Shown: piece by piece, positions 54,018-64,000 of the stretch
How the letters are laid out: each line of letters opens with the position of its first letter
Position numbering within the stretch: position 1 is the stretch's first letter
From: Macrostomum lignano
Lineage: Eukaryota
NCBI GenBank assembly: GCA_002269645.1
Contig: NIVC01000858.1
Coordinates: 1 to 64,000 of the forward strand
Direction: 5' to 3'
Length of the DNA: 64,000 nucleotides
Made by a program: the position numbers and the translations under genes
The notes under the pieces: model-generated
Told to the model about the DNA's origin: nothing
The model's database searches: none
The model's input: only the letters and a program-made list of their open reading frames with translations

Positions 54018-57000
54018 TCAGAATCGGAACTTGAGTGCACCTTCTTAACTCATATAGCCTAATCACTCGTTTAATGTTTAGTGTTTAGCATTCGATGTTC
54101 AGTTTTAGTCTTAAATTTAGGTGGATTAATATATGGATTTACTTCAATCCAGCTAAAATAAATGTATATACTCGTACAAGTAACTTTATCATTATGTAGT
54201 TTTGAGCAAAATTCAAATGCTATTAGAACTTCAGCACTAAGTAATGAAGATGGGCGGAATAATTTATATTACTTTTTTATTCTTCACCTCAGAAGTAATA
54301 TCTATGGCTTTTTATTTCGACTTAAGATAAGCCAACTGATTGGGCATTCTGTTGTATTCTGTGGCTGCGCATGTCTGACGGTGAGCGTCGATCTTCTTCA
54401 TTGAAGTTATAGGCGAATATTCTTCCACGGCGTATCGCTCAGGTACTCGACAGACTTGCACAGGCTGGTTGCCTCCATAACACCTCGAATCTCTTTCCAT
54501 GCCTTCTGCTCTGCTTGATATTCGCTTCGGAGTTTGGCTTGCGATGAGCGAAGGGAAGGAAGATCGCTGGAGCACCAAAAATCAGGCCTCACTGTTTTGT
54601 CTATGGCACAACCTCCTGCTAGCTTAGCAACTCATTTAGCAGTTCACTCATGAAACCAAACTTCAGAAACAGCTCAACAGCAGCTGCTAAGCGATCATGA
54701 AATCGGTCCCAGGGTTCGATTCCTAGCTCCAAGCTCAAGGGCCAGTTGACACTCCTAAATCAGTCAAGAGCTGCTTTTTGGAATAATTTGTGTCTGGAAG
54801 ACATCTCATCACAAACGGCAGGGAGTATTAGTACATTTCGAGTTTATTAAGGTACAGAGATGGCCAAAATTGACTGTTCGACATTGACAATGCCTTAGCA
54901 AAAATAATGGCTCAGCAGATCTATTGGCATTTTTATAAGCTTATTGACAGTGACTCCGAGTGGTTCGAGCCCTGAGTTCCAGTCATTGCACAGCATACAT
55001 TGTCACTGAGAGCATTGCCATGAACTTAATTCCCGCAAATCATTTCTCTACCTTATGTAGTCAGAGCAAGATGCAAATGAGCCAACTTGCTCTGAGCAGG
55101 AGTTCTGACTCTCTCTCAGCACAATGATCAAGCCGTTTAAGTTCGGAATGGCTCACTGTGCCCGCCGCTCGAGAGTTCTGAATCTGAGTTGGGGTGGCGC
55201 ACGGCAAACCATGTTTTTAAAGCACAATTGCTAAGACTCTTTTTTGTTAGATAAGCTTTGCGTCAAAAGAAGCTGAGGTAGGAAGACGGCAGGAGTAGTC
55301 TCCTAACACTAACACTTGAGCCCAAAGTGCGTCTTATGAAGCAAGATTAAAGTGCTGAGGAGGCTCTGGAAGATTTTAGGAGCGCAAAAGTTAGTAGTGA
55401 CCGAGCTGTGACTCTAAGAATGAACTCTGAGAGTCAGGAGTGAGTTGGACGGCATCAAGAGTAGCTCTGCGAGTCAGGAGGGGTGGGTTTCACAAACGCG
55501 AAATTTCACAACCGCTAAAATTTTTGCACTTACTTTCATATACAACACTCTTTTTAGCGGTTGTGAAGTTTTGCGTTTGTGAAGTTTAGTGCTTATGAAA
55601 GTAGGTGATTTAGCGGTTGTGAAGTTTCGCGTTTGTGAAGTTTAGTGCTTATGAAAGTAGGTGATTTAGCGGTTGTGAAGTTTCGCGTTTGTGAAGTTTA
55701 GTGCTTTTGAAAGTAGGTGATTTAGCGGTTGTGAAGTTTCGCGCTTATGAAAGTGACTGCAATTTTTTAGCGGTTATGAAGTTTCGCGGTTGTGAAAGTA
55801 GGTGATTTAGCGGTTGTGAAATTCGCGTTTGTGAAAGCAACCCGTCAGGAGTGAGTTGGACAGCATCAAGAGAAACTCTGACAGTGTCTTTCACAGAAAT
55901 AAATCTAGGACTACATAGAAGAAAGCCGCCGCAGCCGCAGTCTTCCCCGAGGAGGTCTGCTCGAAGATGACTCTGCACAGTCCGCCACAGAAGCCTTCCA
56001 CGCCGTCCGTGGGAACAGCAATCAGCGCGGCCGGGACGGAAATCAGCAACCGCCTTTCGACCTCAGTGGCTCGTTGCCAGCTGCTTCATCCAGAGCAATG
56101 GCTCCTCCTGCTGCTCAGGCCGCTGCACCGATCTCTGCCGCCTCTCCTGCTACACCTGACGTTGAAGTCAACGCCCTTCTCGCCTCCATGACCGCGATGA
56201 TGCAGCAGAACCAGCAACTCATGCAACGGGCCCCAAGAGGGGCGTCTCCGGATCCCGTCCGGGGACGGGCATTGGGTCCGCGTTCTCGCCGCGCCCCGAA
56301 CGCTCTCTGAGTGACGAAGTGACCCACCCTACCCAGATCCCGCGGAGCAGTGATCAACCCTACGGCGTCCCGGCCTCGGCCATGGACTCCACCGTTTCTC
56401 CCGAGGAGGACAACCTCCATCAGATCCTCTTGTCCTCCTCGACTTCAAGAGGGCGTACAACCGCGTCTGGATCAGAGCCTTGTGCATCAAAATGAGGGAC
56501 CTGGGGGTCCCCCACGTTTCGTGCTCTGGATCCACCGCTTCCTGAGCGACCGCCGCGCCGAGGTCAAATGGGTCAACAGGACCAGCCGTGAACGGGTTTT
56601 CGAGGACGGCCTCCCGCAGGGCAGTGTCCTGGCCCCCTCCTCTGGCTCATCTTCGCTAACGACCTCCCGGCTGCCATCAGGGCCGTTAGCCCAGAATGCG
56701 GCATCAATCTGTATGCAGACGACAGCAGCCTCCTCGCCACCAACCGCCGCCTATCCGCGTGTGCTCGCATCATCCAACCAGCCCTCGATGCCACAGCGGC
56801 CTGGTGCGCCCGCTGGAAAGTCCTCCTCAGTTATGACAAATGCGAGTATTCGACCTTCACCCTTTGCCCGTACGAAACGAACGGCAAGGTCCGCCTCCGG
56901 CTCGAAATTAACGGCCACGATATCGCCTTCAACCAATACCCTCGCCTGCCCGGCGTCACCATTGACGGCCAGCTCAACTTCGCCAAACAGGGCTCGGAGG

Positions 57001-60000
57001 TCCGCCGGAGGATGGCTCAACGCCGCAGCGCCCTCAACGCCCTTGCCCATCGCAGCACGGGCGCTGACGCCAGAGTCCTGCGAACTGCCTACATTGCCAC
57101 CATCCGGGCCTGTGCCGACTACGGCAGTGCTATTTGGTTTAACGTGGCTGCGCCGAGCACCCGTCGCGGCATTGCGAGTCAGCAGGCGATCTGTGCGCGG
57201 CTGATCACTGGTTGCTGCAGCACGACGCCTAATCACCTGTCTCTCCGCCTTGCGAATCTCCCCCCGATAGCTTCCGTTGCCGTGGAACGCGCCGCCAATC
57301 TCTTCGAGCGCATCGTCAGGCTTTCCCCTGAGTGCCCGGCTCACGGCACTGCGATGCGCACGACCCGTCCACGCCTCAAAAATAGGAGTTTCGAAGAAGC
57401 CCCTGCGCCCGACGACACCCACCTCGAGCTCGACCGAGCAAGACCCTTCCGCGGCTGCTGGCGCCGCGCCACTTCGGAGCTCCCGGTCTGCGCCTTCACG
57501 CTCAGAGAATCTGACCGCGAGACCCCGCCTCGCCTCGCTCCCTGGCTCGACTTCTGCCAGACCCGCGTCAGCTTCGACCTCCAGGCCTGTAGTGTCCGCA
57601 GGGACGCCCCCGCCGAGGTTCGGGCAGCCGCCGCCGAGGCCGGCATCGCGCGAGCCCGCGAGTGCTCTGTCATCGCCTGGACGGACGGCTCCGCTGAGAA
57701 GGGTACCAGCAACGGGGCGGCGCCGCCGTCATCGAGTTCAGGGACGGTCGCCCCGCGGTCACCGTCCGCGCCGCGGCCGGTGCCCTGTGCAGCAGCTTTC
57801 AGGCCGAACTCGTCGCGATCCAGACCGCCCTGTCCTACTGCCTCCGTGAGGGGCCGGCCCCGCCCCCCAGCATGGCGGTTCTCACTGACAGCCTCAGCGC
57901 TCTGACCGCCCTGGAGCAGGGGCCCGCCCGCCAGTCCACCGCTACCGGAGCGACCTGCTGGCAGCTCATCGCCGGCTCCTCCGGCCGCACTGATTTCCGT
58001 TTCTGTTGGGTCCCCGGACACGCCGGCATCGACGGCAACACCGCCGCGGACCTTGCGGCCGCCGAAGCCGCCACTCTCGCGCAAGCGCACGTGCCTATCA
58101 GCACTACCTCGGCCCGCGCCGCCATCCGCCGCGATCGCCGCGTCCTCGACGCCCGTATTCTCGGCCTTCCTATTCACCATACCCATTCCTTCCGCAATCG
58201 CCGGGAGTTTGTCACTTTCAACCAACTCCGGGCCGATGTCAGCACCCTGTGCGGTTCCACCTGACACCGCCTCGGCATGCAAGACGACGAGGCCTGCCCG
58301 GACTGTGGCGCCCCGGACACGGTGGACCACGTCCTCCGCCGCTGCCCCCGCGGAGATGCGCCGCGGCTCCGCATCTTCGGCGGCGACGACGCCCTGGACG
58401 GCCCCGCCGGAAGGTTATTCGCGTTGCTCCGCGGGATGGGGCGATGGCCCCCGCCTATATTAGCGCCGCAGCGCTAACGGCGCGCTGGGAATAAGAAAGA
58501 AAGAAACTCATGCAACAGCTCGCCACCACCGTCCGTCCAGCCTCGAAACCAGCTGTCTCAATGCCCGCATCAGATGCTCACCATCCGGCTGGGCTCATCC
58601 GCTCCACCATTCTCAAGAAAGTGCATCTCCCAACCTTCGACCGTATGGACCCTGCTGCATTTCCGGGCTTCTGGGACGCCTTCGTCTACAGCGTCGGCCG
58701 CTCCAGCCTCAACGACGTCGACAAACTCGAGGCACTCCGCGGTCTGCTCTCCGGCTCCGCTCTCAAGAAGCTCGGTGCTCTCGACGCCTGCCAGCCGAAC
58801 GCCTACGCTGAGGCCTGTCGTGTCCTTCAGGCCAACTACGCCGACACACAGGAGGAAAAGAACGCCTCCTTCCAGCGTCTCCTCGCCCTTCACTGCAGCT
58901 CTGCCTCCGACCTGGGTGAGCTCGAGGAATTCACGGACGCCCTCCGTCTGGCCACCGGCCAGCTTCTCCGACTTGGCGAGCTTGTCTGCACCCTCGACAG
59001 CTACGTCTACGCGCTCTGGAGCTGCGCTCTGAATTCCAGAGCGAGATCCGCAATCTTCGCGCTTCTAACAGGCAGCCTCTCGTGTCCACCATGGCAGAGC
59101 TCCAGGACCATCTCGACTGCAAGCTCAAGACCCTCAGAGCCGCCTCAGCCACAGTGCCAGCTGCGCCATTCGCCTCCGCCAGTCTTCTGGGCAACGCTGC
59201 GTCCCGGCCGCAATCCACTCGCAGTCAATGCGGCCACCGACCGCCAGCAGCTCCTCGCGCCGGACCTGCTCCTCGCACCGATGCTGCGCCTTGCGCATCT
59301 GCGTCACTCGCCCCTTTTGTCAGCCAGCAACAGAAGCCCAGGCGCAGCTGTATCTACTGCGACAGCTCCGACCACATCGCCATGTTCTGCAGCGAGGTGC
59401 CGAAGCCCGATGACCGCCTCAAGATCGTCCGAGAGAAAAATCTCTGCCGCAACTGCCTCCCCAGCCACCACACCCGGGACTGCCGTGACACCCGACGATG
59501 CCGCGAGTGCGACGGGCCGCATCACACTACTCTCCACGGGGCCACCTTCACGAGTTCTAGTCAACGATCGGCAAATACTCGTTCAAACGCCAACCTTAAC
59601 GCTGCCGTTGAAGATGCGACCTCCAAGGAGACAGTCAACTCACTCGTCTCTGCCTCAGCAGACGGAGGCCTCGCTCCGACCATCATGGCGACCCTTCGTG
59701 CAACTGCCGTCAACCCAAAGGACGGCCGCATCGTCAATTTCAACATCCTTCTCGACTCAGGGTGCTCCTACTCTCACCTCGACGGCGCCGTCGCTCGCAA
59801 GCTTGGACTCAAGGCTGCCAGGAAGCTTACGATTGCCACCTCTACTTTTCATGCAGAGTCCAGGCGCCCCGTCACCGCAGATCTTGTAAGCTTTGACCTC
59901 CAGGCTCCGGATGGCCGCCGCTGGCCGATCACCGCCCTCGCATCTGAACAGCTGGCAGCTCCGATCTACATGCCTGCCGTCGATCTTCCAAAAGACGTCC

Positions 60001-63000
60001 TCAACACCCTCAAGAGCGTCCCGAACGGCGTCTGCAACATTCCACCTGCCCGTGACAAGGAAATCTCTCTCGATCTCATCCTCGGCGGTGAGGTCAACCA
60101 GCTCCTGATCGGCCCCGCTGTTCCTGCCCTGGCTCTGCGACCAACCCTCAACGTCTCCCTCGACGGCATGAACACCCGTCGCATCAACGGCTTCCTCGGC
60201 TCCTCCAGGTTCTCGTCGCCAATGTCTACCTCGGAGACGGTGGAATTCGCCTTGAAAAGCTTCTCGACCGCATGTCCAATCTCGAGGTTCTGGGCATCGA
60301 TAAGGGCGCGGGAAAGCCATGCCTGCAGGACGACGGACCAACTCAGCGCCTCCTCGCCTCTGCCACCCGCGGCCCTGACGGTCGCATCTCCGTCGACCTG
60401 CCATTCAACCCTGGTGCCGAGCTCCCACCTTCCAACTTTGGCCAGGCCTTTGGTCGTGCTCAAGCCGCCCACCGCCGCCTCAGCCTTCCCGAGCGCGAGA
60501 CCTACTACGCCGAGTCCGAAAACCGCAAGCAAGAAGTTGTCCTGGAACGAGTCAACCCTAGCCAGACAGCTGGTCAAGTTATCCAGATTCTGCCGCACTT
60601 CCCAGTCATCAAGGAGAGCTCCAACACGACAAAGATCCGTTCCGTCGTCGACGCTTCTGCCAAGACCTCGCTCGCTGGCGCCACACTCAACGACCTCCTA
60701 GAGCCTGGGCCCAACCTGCTGACCTCAATGCTTCAAGTCCTTCTAGTATACCGTGCTCACCGCTTCAGCATCTCATCTGACCTCAAGGCCGCCTTCTACC
60801 GGGTAGGCGTTCATGAGCCTCACCGCGACGCCCTCGTCCTCCTGAAGGACATCACCAAGCCGCTGGTGCAGGACAACTTCGAGCTCTGGCGCTTCACTCG
60901 CATAGTCATCGGCGCTGACACCAAGGATGATGCTGCCCATCTCGTCTCCGGCCTCCGCGAGCTCTTCCACCGAGCCTGCTTCCATCTCCTAGAGTTTGCC
61001 ATCAACCTTCCTGACTGCCTCGCCGACCTTCCGCAAGAAGATCGCCTCGCCGACAATCCAGTCGGCCTCCTGAAACTCAGCTGGGACACGTCAAATTCCG
61101 TCAAGATTGAGGCCATTCTCAGCTGCCGGCTGACCACCGTCTCAAACGACCCTGCCGGTCCGTCGCTTCTGACTCCGGCTCACCTCCTCAGGGTTGGCCC
61201 TCATCTGCTATTTCCGGTCCACGATGACACCTTCCTGCCTGCCGGTAGTTTCAATGCTGACTGCCTCCCAGCTCTTCATCGACGCCGAGACGCAATCCTT
61301 CGTACTGCTTCGTACTGCTTCCGGCCACGAGGTCCGCCGGTCCGTTGCCCACCTCGTCCCTCTCGAGTGCGAAGGCCGGCACTGAGCAGCCCACCGCTCT
61401 GACCGCGGGTCCACCTGCTGACACGTCTGCCGGCACCACTGGTCAGCCTCCTGCCACCGCCGGCCAGCCGGCTGCCACCGCCGGCCCGTCTGCCGGCCAG
61501 TCCGCTGGCACCTCTGGCCTGTCTGCCTGTGTCCGCCGTGCGCTCCACCGCCAGAAGATTCGTGACCTTATCTTTGAGTCTTGACTAACACTTCTCACTC
61601 TCCCCTTTCTGGCCGCCGCCCCATCCTGTCAGATTTATCCACATGAACTGACAATTAATCATATCATTTCCATTCTTCTCTGTGCAATTTGCGTTTGGTG
61701 TGGCTCCCAATTGGGCCGTTTTACTTTGTGCTTGTTGTGTGCGTATTTAGAACGGCTCGTACAGTATAATACTCGTATTTGCACGATCGATAATTTAGGC
61801 CTCTCCGTGCGCTTGGCGCACGAAGAGGTCCAGTTTTATTACGTTTGAATATAGCCTGATCTCTCTCTTCCGACTTTTTGCGATTGTTTAAAACTTTCAC
61901 TGCCCGCCTGTTGCTACGCTCGTAAATATAGCTTCGTAAGTGTTAGTCATTCCGTCTCCGTTATTTGTCCCACCAGCAATTGGACACGCGTATATCGGCG
62001 GCTGGCTGCTCTCTCGTCTGCTGCAAAGCGGCTCTTGTGCAACATGCACGGCTGAGCTCTTGGAAACTCAAAATGCAAGTCCAGGAATGCTCTTTCTAGA
62101 ACTAAAAAACATCAGTATTTCTGGTGGCGGTCTTCGCTTTCCCAGCTTAATACTCGTACAAGCAGTACTACGGATGGAACAAGCCCTTAGCAATTGCTGC
62201 ATTGTACAGGACAGAATCAGAGCGAGGCATGGAATAGCTATCAGCTCTTGCGTGCAGCCAGTCGTTAAAGCGGCAGCTGCCTCAGTTCTGAAATTACACA
62301 GTGATGAGCACACTGAGGAATGGCTGACCCGCCTATCGCTCTTATTCACACGCATGAGAGTGCACCACTGGCGCAAGGCGCAGCAGACGATCTTGCGCTC
62401 CTCCAAAAAGCGGAGCGCTTCCGGTTTTTGCTCAGCTTCTGGCGACCAGCGCAAGCTGCGTCGTCTAAGTGCAACCTGATCAGAATCGGAACTTGAGTGC
62501 ACCTTCTTAACTCATATAGCCTAATCACTCGTTTAATGTTTAGTGTTTAGCATTCGATGTTCAGTTTTAGTCTTAAATTTAGGTGGATTAATATATGGAT
62601 TTACTTCAATCCAGCTAAAATAAATGTATATACTCGTACAAGTAACTTTATCATTATGTAGTTTTGAGCAAAATTCAAATGCTATTAGAACTTCAGCACT
62701 AAGTAATGAAGATGGGCGGAATAATTTATATTACTTTTTTATTCTTCACCTCAGAAGTAATATCTATGGCTTTTTATTTCGACTTAAGATAAGCCAACTG
62801 ATTGGGCATTCTGTTGTATTCTGTGGCTGCGCATGTCTGACGGTGAGCGTCGATCTTCTTCATTGAAGTTATAGGCGAATATTCTTCCACGGCGTATCGC
62901 TCAGGTACTCGACAGACTTGCACAGGCTGGTTGCCTCCATAACACCTCGAATCTCTTTCCATGCCTTCTGCTCTGCTTGATATTCGCTTCGGAGTTTGGC

Positions 63001-63451
63001 TTGCGATGAGCGAAGGGAAGGAAGATCGCTGGAGCACCAAAAATCAGGCCTCACTGTTTTGTCTATGGCACAACCTCCTGCTAGCTTAGCAACTCATTTA
63101 GCAGTTCACTCATGAAACCAAACTTCAGAAACAGCTCAACAGCAGCTGCTAAGCGATCATGAAATCGGTCCCAGGGTTCGATTCCTAGCTCCAAGCTCAA
63201 GGGCCAGTTGACACTCCTAAATCAGTCAAGAGCTGCTTTTTGGAATAATTTGTGTCTGGAAGACATCTCATCACAAACGGCAGGGAGTATTAGTACATTT
63301 CGAGTTTATTAAGGTACAGAGATGGCCAAAATTGACTGTTCGACATTGACAATGCCTTAGCAAAAATAATGGCTCAGCAGATCTATTGGCATTTTTATAA
63401 GCTTATTGACAGTGACTCCGAGTGGTTCGAGCCCTGAGTTCCAGTCATTGC

Positions 63452-63572
63452 ACGCTGTCACATCAGCAGTAAATGTGCTCTCGGCCGCCGCCACAGCTCC
63501 AAAGCCCAAGGTGTCACCATCCAGGTGGCTCCGTCATTGAAGAAAGAAGCCGAGAGCCAAAAAGCTGTCGGC
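63452..63572 (-). pseudogene. Degenerate fragment of a fourth hairpin/coiled-coil paralogue
   Basis: ggccgccgccacagctcca, ccaggtggctccg and gaagccgagagcca match the hairpin-coding region of copy 3 (45655-45770), with indels. Confidence 0.6.
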
Positions 63573-63659
63573 TGTCTCCTTTATTCTCATCATTCATCTC
63601 CTGCGCCTTTCTCAGAAAAGCAAAAAAATCGTTGAAATGCTAGAGGCAACGCTTGGTGT

Positions 63660-63965
63660 CTTGATTTGCTTGGCAGAGTTCGCGCCAGAACTCCTGAATT
63701 CGTCGTTGGCGAACACCTCAACAGTCAAGGCGGCGTGATTCACTCGCCACCTAATTCCACGTCACCCAGCAGCAAATGGGGAGGTGGAAAGGTTCAATGA
63801 GACATCGCAGTAATCAGAAGGTCCAGAATTCTGGACGGATTCAGTTTCGAAGAGGAGTTGCAAATTTTGCTGCACGCCTACCGAACAACACCGATGAGAG
63901 CAGCAGGCGTAGCGCCAGCAAGCCTATTCTTTCGGTGGAGCGCGGACAAAACCGCTGTGTTGTGA
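63660..63965 (+). mobile_element. Ty3/Gypsy-type integrase remnant
   Basis: HPAANGEVERFNET and FEEELQILLHAYRTTP..PASL in broken frames. Confidence 0.7.
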
Positions 63966-64000
63966 ATTGACGGGTTAACTTAATGACAGTTTTGTTCCGC

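Larger units (their letters stand above)
46526..63453. repeat. Tandem segmental duplication: ~46526-54988 and ~54989-63453 (8.46 kb each)
   Basis: All ORFs recur at an offset of 8462-8463. Differences seen: three 1-nt indels (~47831, ~49286, ~51742) and one substitution (gttgatg/gttcatg). Junction microhomology CAC. Confidence 0.97.

Noticed and set aside
54312-54592. Minus-strand helical-looking peptide (KLRSEYQAEQKAWKEIRG..)
   Set aside because: Short, with no recognisable homology or clear splice context; cannot be supported as an exon.

Overview
Eukaryotic (animal) genomic DNA. GC-rich coding exons, introns filled with diverse minisatellites and nested transposons resemble a free-living flatworm such as Macrostomum (inference only). 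Genes reconstructed by eye: CEP72-like (minus strand, 5 exons, probably running off the left edge), a single-exon-ORF SCAF4/8-like RRM protein, two paralogues of an uncharacterised family (19511-24620 and 26248-28423), an SLC39A/ZIP metal transporter, and three tandem intronless coiled-coil/hydrophobic-hairpin genes (ApoL/ClyA-like architecture). The right third is an 8.46-kb tandem duplication of nested elements: LTR, MITE, BEL/Pao, an Ingi-like LINE with an HDV-like ribozyme, and a P-transposase remnant. The main discovery is in the first paralogue. Between a phase-1 donor (20665) and a phase-0 acceptor (24252) lie seven divergent but homologous cassette exons, all phase 1->0 and five exactly 107 nt. 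Joining two of them breaks the frame, so they look like a Dscam-style mutually exclusive exon array. It diversifies one helix of a putative nucleic-acid-binding domain and has candidate docking/selector RNA pairings. The neighbouring paralogue has a single exon at that position. All splice models come from reading the sequence and have no transcript support here.
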